Assembly: GCA_035084275.1 (NCBI GenBank)
Contig: CM068755.1
Location: 3,596,001 to 3,660,000, forward strand
Direction of reading: 5' to 3'
Length of the DNA: 64,000 bases
Source of the DNA: Hydrolagus colliei
Lineage: Eukaryota
Below the pieces are notes generated by a model. That model saw nothing but the letters and a program-made list of their open reading frames with translations, was not told where the DNA came from and did not search any database. Position numbers and translations under genes: made by a program. This document shows, in pieces, positions 49,701 through 64,000 of the stretch. How positions within the stretch are numbered: position 1 is the stretch's first letter; every line of letters starts with the position of its first letter.

Positions 49701-52700
49701 TGTTTCATCATACAGTACAGTACCTCTGTTTGGTGCCTACACATGTTTAATGTACTTGCTTTAGAAGTGACAATTACGCCATGTGGTGAATGGTATGAAA
49801 CAGTGTGGCATAAGAGCTATGTGATAGTGATGTAAAAGATTGGCATGGATTCAAGCCTTGCTGCTTTTGGTAGGCAAATTTGTTGAGTTATATCTTTTCT
49901 ATATCGAGGTCTGGTGTTGGTGGCCATTTTATTGCTGCACAGAAAATGAGTCTACACAACAAATTAAAATTCTGATTGGTGTCATATTGGATTAATCTGT
50001 CATATAAGCAAAGTAATGCATTGCTAGGTTACTGCAGAAGCTTGACAGTTAAATGTACATTTGATATTGTTTTGCATTATACATTAATGAAACAGAAACA
50101 CTGACATGTTTATTGCAGATATGCATTACCGCAGTAACATCAGACTTCGGATGTTACAATAAGTTGGTTTTAAGGCTTCAATTATTAAACTGGATTGAGA
50201 TTAATATTGTAAAATTATTCTAGCCCTGCAGTCTTTGTTCAAATAACATATTGTATTTGATTTGTTTTTGCCATGCATAACTGCAAAACCTCATTTTCTG
50301 GCAAATGTGTGTTCTCTTTAAGGGCCAGGAAACAGGTACAGTATTGATTACTTTGATTAAAACTTGATTCATTTTAAGCTTATTGCAATATTTTCATTCC
50401 TCCAAATGGCTTCCACATACTGTAGTTATTTTCACTTTTTTTTCCTTCTGTTCATTTATAACTGCCTTCAATATTGTTTCTTTCTTTTTCCTTTGTCCCT
50501 ACGGTTGCAAAAGTGCACTTGTATTCTTTAATGAGAACTCTGTTTCTTTGAGGTAATGGGTGACTTTGATGTAATGGGTGACAAGGAGTGCGCCATTGCA
50601 CTTAAGCTAGGAAAAAGTTGTTCATAGCATGTCTCCAGGATATTCTGAAGATAATTATTGTAATTTAAATATATTATGCATGCATGCTTGTTATGTGAGT
50701 GGAGTAGATGTGTTTAGTTTAGATGTGGATGTATTTAGTGGTCAAATTAGTTTTACTGGAATTGCTGTTGAAGTATTGCAGCTGGATCATAGCAATATTT
50801 AATTCAATAGATTTTACAAACGTCAAGGAATAGGGACTACAATTTTGCTTAAAGAATTTCTCACATCTGTTCTGTAGTTTTGTAACTTCATGTACAATAG
50901 CAACAATACTAACCTGTAGGCTGTGATTTCAGATACAATGCTAAACTGATAGCATTGTAATATCCTATGTTCTGGTTACTACCTTTTAGTAACTAAACAT
51001 CAGTCTTGATGGTTGCTTTGAATGATACAATAATTGAAAGGCTTTCTCATTTGAAGCAAAAATAATTATTTACTAATATTTAATAAAATACAATGATTAT
51101 TTTGAAAATAATTAGGTTGACTGGAAGGCTGCTTTGATTTTATGCTCATCAGTTTCATTTCAGGTTTGCAATTTATTGGGAAATCGTAAACATGTATTTT
51201 TAAGTTGATACGTGTTGGAAAATCCATAGTACTGTAATTTGAGAATCTTGAGAGTAAGGGAAATTGTGGTGAAAACCTGATCACAATGTATGAAAGTGCT
51301 TTTTTTCCTGAAAATCTGCTGTAAAATGTAATTTACTGTTCGATTTTAATTAATAATTATTAGGAGAAAACACAAATTTGTGTTTGCCCTAAAGTTGTCC
51401 GTTAGTATACTATATCTATTTATGAATGAAGCCAATGTAAGAAGTTTAAACACACCGTTTTTCCAAACCTCTTTGACCTGCTTCATTTCCTTTCATCAAA
51501 TATGTGTAGAATCTCTGCTGGATTGAATTTGACTTTAAATAAATAAATATTTTAAGTCTCGTAAAGTTCCTTTGGACTTTGAGTGGCACATTGCAGTGAC
51601 ATTTTATTCCCCCCTTTTGTATGGGTGGAATGAAGCTCTGATGTTGGTGGTGCTGCTACAATGCGATATCTCTAATCTACAATTAATCTTACAGCATTTG
51701 GAGATGGGCTGTGTGAAAATAGCATAATTTTTCATTCTAAAAATAGGTGATGAGACAAAGTTGTTTTTAGCCTCACTCCACCCTGGCTGGGCATTCCTTT
51801 CTCTAATCATACTTTCCAACACAAGGCTGCCCTTCATGGATAGAATCCCATCATTAAGCAATTAAGTTTATGCAATTTCCAACTTTAATACTACTACGGA
51901 ATTGCAAGGGTAACACCAACCAGGATGGAAAATAATCCAGAACAGAAAATGGTTGTCTAGCCCCTGCCAAATGTAAAGCTAGATAGATCCTGCTGAATTC
52001 CAGTGCCACCCTTTTGATATTTTTCTTGTCTATCATAACAAAAACAGATTAGAAAATGTCATTTCATTAATGTGAAACAGCAGAACTGACTAGGTAGTAA
52101 TTTTATAATGTCATTGACGTTCAGCCTACATTAAATTTAGCCCACATCCATGTGGGTATTACAAATCCTCTGGAAGCTTTTAAATATATGCCACTGTTTT
52201 GAAGAAAAGGTTAATGCTGTATCATCTTTCTCTAATTTTAATAAAACCTTTTTAAAGGGGGATTGCTCTCCTTATTGCTGTAGGATGGTCAGACAGTGTC
52301 CATTATTGTAGTGCAGCATTGAAACCCTGGAAATCGTCATATTCTTTCCTGCATACTTAAAATGGAGCAGGTGCCATTGTAGTGAACACTTGTCTAGTTT
52401 CCCAGCAAATCACTGACAGTGCACATTAGGATTTGGGTTTGAGCCCTGGCTTCTTCAGGAACAATCTGGTGTTTGTACCTGGCCATCAAACCTGTGGGTT
52501 TCTCCTTCTCATATGCATGAATTACCTTGTTTACTCTTAACAGTTGACAATCTGCCTGAAATTTACAATCTTATTAAAATGAAATGAATCTTCGGAAAAG
52601 ACCAATTATTCTTGCAACATTTATCAGGGATTAAATGCATGGTTCTAGTCATTTCCTTCACCATAACATCAGAAATGCAATGGATTTCTATTCTGAGATG

Positions 52701-53484
52701 TGTTAGTCATTATTAATCCTTACTAACCTTGACATGTGTTATTCCAGATTAGTACAACCAGGCGGATTCCGGACATCTTTCCTCCACCTCCAATTAATTA
52801 GCTTCACCTAAACTACACTTTCAAAAAAAACTAAAACAGGTTTTTAGTCTTAATAAATTTGATCTTAAGTTTGTTTCCAGAGCGTTTTAACCTTTCTAAA
52901 TTGTACAACTAATTCCCTGTTTTGAACATAAAAGCAGAAAGTGAGATTTCAAGATCTGCAGAAATAACATACAATACAGTACTGTATGTTTAAATATGAA
53001 AATAGATGGTGTATTACCTTATGGCACCAACAGGATAGGTAATTTATTAGAAATGCCAATGACAATTCAGGGTTATTGAATTGGCATTAAATTATATTTT
53101 AGTACAGGGAGTTAACTAATTATACTTAACATTGTCATACTATAGCATTTCATATCAGTGTTACATATATTCTGTGATGTGGTAGTATTTAACTCTATCC
53201 ATTCTATGTGTAGGGGTATCACCAGATTTTAGATTGAGAAACTTTAGATTAGAAACTTGAGAATAATGAAGTAGCAAGTTATTCTTAAAAGCTAAAGTCA
53301 TTGAGAACAAAAGCAACTTCTGCTTTTGTTTGAGATTTCCAGCATTTTCAGCATTTTATTTAGAAAGTTATTCTATTCATTTCAAAAATATGTTTACACT
53401 ATTGGGGATTATATGGTTTTATTTCTGGCCTTATATTGGTAGATGTAAACTATTATAACCATGATATTTGGATCCTATTCTATA

Positions 53485-53775
53485 GGAGTCCTATAGCTCA
53501 GTGGTTGGAGTACTCGCTTCACAAACGAGAGACCTGGGTTAATTTCCCGCCAAGGCAAAACCTCGGGTAAATTTCCTTTCTCCACACGACTGATAATAAT
53601 CTCTCAAAAAATAATAATAATTTGATCACTCAATCCATGACTGTTTGTGTGACACTGCTGTGTGTAATTGGCTGCCGCCTTTCGCCCACAAATATACAGT
53701 CAATTCATTTTATGGTATATTCTGGAAAGTACTTTTGAGGCATGAAAAGTCTAGAAGACATGAAAAGTGCTATAA
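53485..53775 (+). mobile_element. SINE-A in NPTN intron 1
   Basis: ggagtcctatagctcagtggttggagtactcgc.. consensus match. Confidence 0.85.
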
Positions 53776-54029
53776 ACCCAGATAACAATTGTCATAACTT
53801 TAATAATTAAATTAAAAAATTGAACCAGCAATTGTCACTAATAAATTATTATTTATTATTATTATTCATATATATTGCCTTATACCACACTTCGGAGCTT
53901 CAGGCATTATTCCGCCGTTTCTGGCCCTTTTAAGAAGTATCTTTCTGCTTCAAGCAACTGTAAAGGGACAAAGCTGAAAAATAATTGCAAAATGCAAACT
54001 GTTCTTACGGATGCTAATACTCGATTATA

Positions 54030-54120
54030 AGCAAAAACAGAAGTGGCTGGGAACACTCAGCATATGAGGCAGCAGCTATGGTGAAGGCAAAGTGAGTCAA
54101 CATAACCCTTTGCTAAGAAC
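54030..54120 (-). mobile_element. Penelope-like terminal fragment (deleted)
   Basis: Reverse complement aaagggttatgttgactcactttgccttcaccatagctgctgcc..gctgagtgttcccag matches 15355-15460. Confidence 0.65.
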
Positions 54121-55399
54121 AAAAAATTTTTCCATCATATTCTGGCATAAACCTCTGTGGTTAAAGATTACTGTTGTTTGCTTGTGTTTGACCCCCAAAT
54201 TTCAGGCATGTTGAAGGATCCCTCATGTATTAATGAAAGTCCTGTGCTATTAAATTTGACTATATTGAGTGGCGTTTAAAATCAATACAATATTAATAAA
54301 GGTCACCTGAAATTACCACCACTGTAGACTGCCTTATTGAATGATCTAATGTTTGAAGGAAATAGGAAATAATAGCAGAAGCAAGTGTATCTAGAATTGT
54401 GCTTCTCTTGTTGCATGTTTGCATTTTACAAAGGGTAATAGACTTTTTGAATAGAGTTAATTAGGACATTAGAATGGAAATGTAATATACACATGCAATG
54501 TCTGCCCACAGAAACAGTGTATAATTAACATCATCTTATGCACTCTTTCTCTCTCTCTTGTCCTTATTCACCGCTGGATTTGAAGCTCTATTTTAGCAAC
54601 AGCAGGTGCCAAATAATTACTATACTCAGCAGACTTCCCTTGAATCTTGTAGCCTCAGAAAAGCACAGCCCATTTTGCTCTCTTGACTTCATTGCTTTAT
54701 GAACTTGTTGGTTCACTAGTCTTTGTTTTTAATAACCACCTTGAAACTGTGCCAATATATCTTGTCTACAGCCTTAATTCTAGTCCTGTACTGCACAGTT
54801 TCTCAAATACACTGTAAACATAGATATAAGCAACAAATAATAAAATGTGTGTTTATGAAACAGTTTCACACCAAACATGGCTCCTTCACTCTACAGGCAA
54901 TGTTTACTGACTATGAGAGAGAAAAAGGTTGCTCTCTTTTGCAGTGTACTACTTATCACAACCACCTTGGTTGGGTGAATATGCCTGCACCCATAGGTAG
55001 TTGGACCCATTGCCCATTTTAATACTGCTAGAGTTATCTGCCACTTATAGTAGCACTGCAATTAAGAGCGGGAAATTAAAATGTCCTCTTCCAAATCATT
55101 GTAGCTGAGGAGAACTGGCAACTCAATGGTCTTAATTCTGTGTTTATGCTACACTTTTTATTGGTGTTCAGGTTAAAAAATTGTCAAACTACAGTAAAGC
55201 TGACCTAGTCCAATGGGGATATGTTTCATAATTTGATTGGTTGTCTTTACTAAATGAAAGAATAAAAGCATATCTTATGTGTGCAAAATATGTCTGGTGG
55301 TCCATGAAATTCAGCTTAATGTAAGAGTTCAGGTATAGTACACTTTTCAAATGTGCTCTTTTGTGCAGTCAGTGCAATCTTGTTCAGTCCAGTGAAATC

Positions 55400-55683
55400 G
55401 AGTCCTGTAGCTCAGTGGTTAGAGCACTCGCCTTACATGTGTTGAGACCTGTGTTCGAATCCAGGCAGGGCAAAACCTTGGGCAAGTTTCCTAATAACAA
55501 TCCCTCAAAAAAAAATTGGTCATTACAATCCACGACTGTCTATGGCACACTATTGTGTGCAATTGGCTGCCGTATTTTGCCTAGAAGTATTTGGGCAATT
55601 CATTTCACATTATATTCTGTGAAGCATTTGGAGACGTCTAGAAGACGTGAAAGTGGTGTATCAAAATGCAAGGATTATTATTA
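55400..55683 (+). mobile_element. SINE-A in NPTN intron 1
   Basis: gagtcctgtagctcagtggttagagcactcgccttaca.. to aaatgcaaggattattatta. Confidence 0.88.
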
Positions 55684-56424
55684 TAAATGTGCATTTGTTT
55701 TCACACCATTTAAAAAAAAATCTTTGCCTACACTGGGAATAGAATTGTTGTGACATCATTTTCAGCATTAAGCACTCTCTAAGTCAGGTTATGACACAGA
55801 AATTGTAAGTCTGAATGGAACAATTATCCATATCTTTTAATTTGAGCCTCAAAATACATTACTATTCAGCCTTTTATAAATTGCTTTTATTTATTACTAG
55901 CTCTATTTTTGTCACAAAGCTGCTGCGTTGATGTATGACTCCACACTAAAGATCAATATAATTGATGGTTGTGTAAGAAATAATTTGCAGTTAACAGCAC
56001 ATTCTGTTCACATTGAGGGGGGCAGGAGAGACTTCACTGAGATTAGAGTGCTGTTGGACAGATCCCTGTTAAGAAGTGAGTGAGTTACTCAGGCCTGAGT
56101 CATTTTTTTTGTAAATTGAGGCCTGCTGTGTACTTTTAAGCCTCACACTGACTGATTACATTAAAGACTTGAAACTTATCTGCTGTATTCAGCACATTTA
56201 ATATAATAAAACATGTAGCAACATGGATATCAGTGAGTGCTATGGTGGAGGTTGATGGGTTGTATTTTGTGGAGAAATATGGTCATGCAGAGTTTTAATT
56301 TTTTTAACCTGAAGTTTTTTTAAATGATAAATTACATTGAATAGTTTGAGCTGTTGCCGTTGTAATTGTCTTAGCTCTGTAAGAGGCTTCAGTAATCTAC
56401 TGCAACTGTGTCTAATGTAGCTAA

Positions 56425-56622
56425 ATCTAAGGGAGATTAAATTAGGGAGATGGTGGAAGCAGATAATATAATTTGTTTTAAGAACAAATTGGACAGATTC
56501 CTGCTAGAAAATAATATCTCGGGATAAGTATACAGTTTGAGGTGTCAAGCGACTGACTACCAGGATGATGGAAGTCGAACTGGATGGACCTTGGTCTTCT
56601 TTCAGATAGCAAATTCTTATGT
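56425..56622 (+). mobile_element. CR1 3' end (TTCTTATGT-tail type)
   Basis: gggagatggtggaagcagataat..tttaagaacaaattggacagattc..ggatggaccttggtc..ttcttatgt. Confidence 0.7.
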
Positions 56623-57040
56623 GGCATAGATGTATATAAATGGTTCATGGAAAACTGTTTTAACGGAAGGGAACTGAATAGATTTTTTCAGTAAACGTTC
56701 CCTTTGCCAACTCCAAATTGGAGTTTATAACGGTCAGGTTTCTTCCAACTGAAACAGTCTGATTCAGATGATTACAGAATAACATGCATTTTCTATTAGT
56801 CTTTATCAAAGCTAGGATCCTAAAGATGTACTTCAGTGCTGCTAAGTAGCCCTTTCACAGTCTAGCATCAATACTATTTGTGGTTTTAAGGAGGTTAGTT
56901 ATTTTACAACAATTGTCTTGGCTTTTGCAATAGAACATTGTATGAGGCCAAAATCTCTTAAAATTTTCCCAATTCTGGCAACTTTGTTGCCTTCAGACAA
57001 GAGTCAGCTGAAAGCAACTCAAGGTGGCCATACATAGGGC

Positions 57041-57408
57041 TAGGGTCCGTCGATATCGAAATTTTCCAATATTGATATATCAGTTTGCCCATATCGATAT
57101 ATACCGATATATACCGATATATTGATATCGCGGGTTTTTTTGTCCTGCGCATGTGCGCGAATTCGGAGGTGTGCACACATTCAGAGGTGAGCGCGTATTC
57201 GGGGGTGTGCAAGTTGAAAAAGTCTGCATCATACCAATATATACCGATATATCGATATATCGCCAGACACGATATACCGATATTTGCAATATATCAATTT
57301 TTTTTCATATCGAATTTTTCGATATATCAATATATTTTAAATTCTGATATCGGCATATCGATATGAAAATTATATTGATATAACCGATATATTGATATAT
57401 CAACCCTA
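57041..57408. mobile_element. hAT-type MITE with GATAT/CGATAT subterminal arrays
   Basis: Termini TAGGGT../..ACCCTA flanked by an 8-bp duplication CATAGGGC (57033-57040) / CATAGGAC (57409-57416). Confidence 0.85.
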
Positions 57409-59349
57409 CATAGGACTAATTCTAGAATTACCAGCAAAGAGGTACCACCTTAGGTCGAATTACACCGGTTGCTCTTCCCCTCACTGGTGCCTGTTCTGGG
57501 AGGTAAACTGATTAAATCTTGGGTACTGTACCATGCCTGCATTCTCAGTCGGTGTGGAATGCTGGCAGTTCAAGCGGCCCCTCAGTTAGAAATGTACTTT
57601 TCCAACCTATTAATCGTTTTCCAATATGTCTGCGTTATAATTTGGGTTGTAACTTAATGTAACCTTAATATTTATATTTAATTTTGTTTTTTGTTTTAAG
57701 ATTTTGTTTTGTTATTACAGTAATATGCATTTAGATGTGAAATTTCATTTAGAAGCATTTAGATGTTTTCCCGACGTGAAAGGCACTTTTCTAAATGTAA
57801 TTTGTTGTTGCTGACTCAGCTTTGCACATTCCATCCGGTGAAGTGAATGTTGCAAGCTCTACAGTATGTGCACTGTTTTATTCAGTCAGATTGCTCAGAA
57901 TAAATGTTTATTTGAATCCTGTATCCTTGAAAGGTTTCAAATGCCTTGAAGCTGGATCCAGTATTCATTAATGAAATGGGTACCTCTAGTCAGATTTCCC
58001 AGTGCAATAAAATGAATCAAGTGGCTTATCTGTGTCTTTGTTTTCTGTGAGATTGAGTATAATGCAGTTGGTTATGTTAAGTTGAGTTTCAAAAAAAGTA
58101 CAGAATTGGGAAAGTTACCAAATTTATATCTATAATTTCTATGAATTTATATGGAAGGATATTAGATGTTTTTCCAGTCCAGTACATGTCCTTCAGCAGC
58201 CTTAACTGATCTTCATTGTATGCAGTCTATTATGGGAGGAAAGAAAGCTCACAAGCGATTTAGGATGTCTAGAAGATGTGAAAAGTGCTATTTTAAATGC
58301 AAGGATTATTATTGTTAGAACAGTAGCTAATTACCTACCAATCCAAAATATTTGCCTATAGATGATGTCAGATTGCCACTTCCACAAAGAGAAACCAGCT
58401 TCTTATTGTGCTGCCTTACATATCCTACTTTGCACACTTGCACATTAAATTAGTTGTTGTTGTATTCTTAACAGAGTACATTTAATATCTTCCCCTTTTG
58501 TAACAGCTGCAGTTTGAATTATTCAGTTTGGACTTACAATGTCATGGTACACTCACATTCATTCAGTTGCACTTAACACATTAGATGCTGGTGGCTACAC
58601 CAAAACACCACTACTCACATCTCAGCCGGAACAATTCAGTGGTGATCAGTTGTCTTTTCATGGCAATTCCTGGCCACCATCTGTTTTGTATAAAATAATT
58701 AGCTGATAAACTTATCTCATCACCACAGTCATTTCAACATTCATTTTACTCAGTGCAGCCAGATTGTTGCACAATCAAATGTACCCAAGGACATTGTTTA
58801 CCATCATCTAGGTCTTTAAAGACCAACATTCTTCGGGATGGAATTGTGCTCAATGGTATTGATGTGGTAAAGTGTGTGATTGCACATTGAAGATCGTTAT
58901 TTTCCAAACTTTCTTAAATGTATATTTTGGTGGAAAGTGTGGGAATGTAAAGCTTAAAATGTGAACCAGAGCACATTTTGTGCGCCTGCAGGACTAGACT
59001 GCTTGTTGTGTCACTGGGCTGGAAATTGTTGAAACACTCATTACTGTCTAGAACCTGCTTATTGCTTCCAAAACTAAATCTGGACAAGTTTAAACTTCCC
59101 ACGGATGTGTAACTGCTAGACAAATCACAGGATTTGTTTTCCCCACTTAAAACAAGTACAACACCATTTAAAAAATATCCCATACTGTGCAATTCATAAT
59201 CCCTGTATGCCACTTTCCATTTCTGTACCAAATATTGTGATGTGCTTTCCTTAAACTAAATGTACTGACAGCTAACTTTCCTTAGAATGAACTCTTTGTT
59301 ATAACCTCTCTGAAGTTAAGAGTATTCTCCTAGATTAGGGCTGCTTTGA

Positions 59350-59748
<399 letters not shown>

Positions 59749-62276
59749 TAGTGGTCCTGTACATACTATTGGTGGCAAAAGACCAATAGTATGTATTCCT
59801 GTGTCATTTCCCCCCCACCCCCACCCCCACCACCCCATATCTTGTCTCCAAAAAAAACTACCCCTCTGCGTTTACACCATTGTAGATCTGCGTACCTTTA
59901 GTACTCCAGAACTGCCCACATTGTTGCACCATGTCTTGCCTCTCCCTGATGATATCTTCTAGTATGTGCAGCTCCTTGTTAGAAAAATCCTAGAATTTAA
60001 GCCTTACTGTTGTTGTAGCTACTTGAGCATTGTTGTGTAGTGTCTACTGTAATGTTTCTGACCAGATCCTGTTCCCCGCTAAGTAAATCCATTCTCTGGT
60101 TAAAATTGGGAGCTTTGTAGTAGTAGATTTTTTTTTGTTGTTGGTATTCATATTGAGCCTTTTAGTTTTTTAGATTAAAAAATCTAACTGATCATTTTTT
60201 CTTTTGAAGCAGCTGAGACCAGCTTCTGGAGTGCTGTTGAATGTGTGGGTGTTTGTATATAGGTACTGTATGCTGGATGCTAGACAGACGGCATAGCAAA
60301 CTGCAAAGCGAGGCACTCTGAATGCTAATAGATTTCTATGACTAGAGGGGCAGATAAATTACTGTAATGTGGTTTCAAAAATAAGATTTTTGAATAAGAT
60401 TTTTGAAAACCATCATTGTAGTGCAGAGCTGAAATTGTTTAGCGTACTCACTATCCTAGTTACATCATCCTCAATAAGGAATGACAGGACATTAAGTGGA
60501 TGTTAAATGGAGTGTCACTATTCAAATAGCTGTTGCAGTCTCTGTGTGTTAGTGACTCCTAAGATTTAGCTGCTTCTTAAAATGAGGCAGCTTTTTGTGC
60601 CATATCTGAGGGCAAAATGAAGCACACCGTAGCAATAAGGAGTATGATCTAAGTCTACCTGTGATCATTGAATGTCTTGCATCGCTAGCAGTGGTCTAAC
60701 CAAAGTAGCAAGCTTCTTGCAGATGTATATGCAACAAACATTTGCTGAAGTTGTAACCAAACATAATACTCTATTTTTTTCTTTTTTTGGCTGCTATACG
60801 AAAACCTTGGCTTAAGAAAAGGTGTACCCAGGTTTTCACTTTAGAACTACAAATTGTATATAATATATTTTTCTAAATGATATACATCCAACATAAAAAA
60901 TACTTGAATTCTACTCATGCATCATATCAAACCTCTAACTTGGGTCACCACAGTATGGATTTTTTTGGATTTTGAAACAATTGATTATCCTGTCTATCAG
61001 ATTGTGTCTAACTTTTAATGGAATCTGCAAGCCTCCAATATCCTCAAACTCAAAATAATTTAACCAATACAAATATAAGCAATATTAATAGGCTCTTTTG
61101 GATTTTAATTTCAAGTTGGTTGTGGTCACTAGTGATCCTTTTTGCTTTTGAGATCTTAATACTGTTCACATCATCAACTTTCAAAGTGTTTCTAGAAATA
61201 AATATCTGCTTGGATAGATGAGCTATTTTATTTATTAACCTTCACAAATGTTCTTTTTGGACCCTGCAAGTGTCAAAACTATTTTTCCATTAGATATAGG
61301 GGAAATCATCACCCTATATCATCATCGCCTAATATAATTTTCATGAAATGCAGCATTCGTTGTTAATTTTTAGACCAATTGAGAGCTCAGCTCACAGATC
61401 CTAATTCATTATTTTTCCCTGAGAATAACAATAAAAAAATTTGGGGACAGAAGAGAGAAAGGAAATAGAAAATCACAATTCTGCCATTTTCGTTACGAGT
61501 CCGTGCTTCATTCAAGGTCAGTGTTAGCATAGATTTTCAAAAGTACTTCAAACTAAGTCGAACATTTAAGTAATTTCAACAGACCTCAAAGGTCCAAATG
61601 TCAGATTTGTGAAATACCTTTTCTTAATTTGTTTCTAAATTAACATAATATAACTGCCATAAGATGAAAGTTTAAATTGCATCTACCATAAAATTGGAAA
61701 CTTAAAAAAATTAATCTTCTTTCCCCTGTATCTAATCAGCTAATGTGTATGCATTTGGGAGAAGTTACAACAATGTTCTACTATTGTTAACATAAGTTTA
61801 TTCCAGTTTGAGAAAGTACTATACCTTTAAGAGAGGAGAACAATTCTGGATGGAGGAAAGTTTAAAATCCTGGTTTATTTACCAAAGATCAAGCTGCAGA
61901 CTCCAAATGCTTCATTTTGCTTATCAATTACACCAGTCTCCTTTTAAACACCCCGGATAGTGGGGCACAGTCTTTAGAGATGTTGCATTATAAAACAGTT
62001 TGGGAGTTTCTCTTCTTGTTTTGGACTAGATTAAATTGTTTGGACTGGAATAGATTAAATTGTACACATGGCACATTTACCAAACACTTGCATAGAATCC
62101 TTTATCTTTTTAGTAATACTGGTAAGTTACTCAACTAGCTAAAATAGGACGACAAGATCAGTTTCATTGGTGAGTAGACACTGAAGACAATGATCCCGTT
62201 ATTGGCAGATTCTTTTGTTTATCATGCATTAACTATGCTCTTACCCATCTCCTGTTCCTTATACGGCCGGTTGGTG

Positions 62277-62310
<34 letters not shown>

Positions 62311-64000
62311 CTGTCTGTCTGTCTGTTTCTCTGTCTGTCTGTCATTTCCTAGTAGTGGTAGTTCTGAAAGCCAAAATTTTAATGGGATCATGTCTTTGAG
62401 ATTTAGTGACTGCAGCATTAATAGTGATTGCTTTTCAGTGTAATATGGTGAGATGTCTACAGTGTTTCTCTTTGACATTTGTACAGACTGGTCCATAAAT
62501 TGACAACGAAATCATAACCTGGTTTTGTAGCTTTCTATTAAAATGCGTTGAATCATTGTGTCCAAACACTGGTTCTAGTTTAATGGCAAATTGATAGCAG
62601 TGGAAAAGTCGAACAACACCTTGGCAGGTTCATCTTCCAGTACTAAACCAGCCTGTAAAGTGCCAAATGGGAGCCTGTTAAACTAATGCACCATTCAGAA
62701 TGCATAGTTTTAATGCTCAAGTCTACTCTGCAGTCCGTTATGATGCCTGTCGAGCAACCCAGTAAAAATCAAGTGAGATCATGACCTGACCTGTAGAGCT
62801 GCAATATATTATTCCATATGTATGTTTTACTTTGATCGTTTTGTTTTCCAAGTCGATGGTTTTACAGGAGTAGAAAATCAGCTGGCATTTTATTAAGATC
62901 TTCAAAACAGCAATTTAGTGATGTTGATATGCATTCATCGCTTTCCTCTTAATATGTGTACTGTCTCCCATACTACCATTCAGTTTTGTTTTCATTGGGA
63001 AACAGATGGCGGTGCAATGGTGGAAAATGAAGTGATGGTACAGGAGGCAGTATGGATTACAAGTGTTTGACTGTATATATAGTCTAAGCACTGTTCATGG
63101 CCACAGATGGTCCAAGTCCCTAGTTAACACGATAACGTCCTGTCAAACAACAGTGTTTAGACTATATAGTATACTGTTTGCTTGACTGGACAGTGTTGCA
63201 TTTCTTTGATAGTTCCTTAATTAAGATGGTTAAGTAAGCAAATTTAAAATGCAGTATATATATGTCATTGTATATGCATTTAATTTGCCACTGCTGTAGT
63301 GATCTTCAGTAATATCAATATATCAGCAGCATTCCAAATGGAGTGGGGATAAAATATTGATGAGTACAGAATTCATGCAACACATCTACTAAAGAAAGCC
63401 TCAAATGTAAAATACGTTTGCTTATTCTGAGAAGAGAGCCAAGGTACCTTCTGTATTTTCCACGTGATTTTAAAAAAAGCGTAATCCATACAACCACTCT
63501 TTGGCATGAAAATGCTTTTTGCCGTAATGCATCAACATTTGTGTGCTTGTAGGAATTTGAGGGAAGAATCTATTCCATAAATGGACTGCAAACTGTGTAT
63601 CCATTTCATGTAGTTGCATTTTGTTAATACGCCAAATAAATGCTTAGATGTTCATCTAATCTGTTGTGTTCATATAATATATTGCAGCTGCCTTCTTAAG
63701 TTTCTTCAGAATTTTAAAATACAATATTTTAGTTCCATTAAGCTAGTTCTATTATGAGTTTTAGGAAAACTCTTACATTGATGGTAAATTTCACATTTCA
63801 ATTGGAAAGGATTTCAGCACTTGTTGTATGAATGTCTGCTTCAGCACACCATGGAAGGTATTGGTCATGTACAGCTTCTCATGGCCTTTTTAATGTAAAT
63901 GTTTTAATTGTATTGATTATCATTTTATTTTACATTTTCATTAGCTGGGACAGTTGCTTTGTGTTGTGTTCTTGCTCTGTAATGTAACCCAGCTTCTTTG

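Overview
Vertebrate genomic DNA, most likely from a cartilaginous fish (inferred from the CR1, L2, Penelope and Deu-type SINE repertoire). Two Ig-superfamily genes lie head-to-head. On the minus strand is the 5' part of CD276/B7-H3: IgV exon 838-1188, a signal-peptide exon at 21161-21224 that is missing from the ORF track, and a candidate non-coding first exon and promoter near 38.2-38.5 kb. On the plus strand is the 5' part of NPTN/neuroplastin: signal-peptide exon 46293-46377 and the Np65-specific Ig1 exon 59387-59734. Bases 1-45.7 kb are crowded with a tRNA-derived SINE (about 40 copies or fragments by eye), Deu-type SINEs, and L2 and CR1 LINE fragments. The NPTN introns are AT-rich and repeat-poor. 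The most notable extras are a 42-bp tandem array of CTCF-like motifs in the NPTN promoter, a covarying 3' stem-loop shared by L2 LINEs and SINEs, a modular chimeric SINE, two DNA-transposon MITEs, a Penelope remnant with a decayed hammerhead core, and a local inverted duplication. No wholly new biological system could be demonstrated from sequence alone. Most repeat boundaries are read by eye and approximate; family names come from recalled consensus sequences, not database searches.
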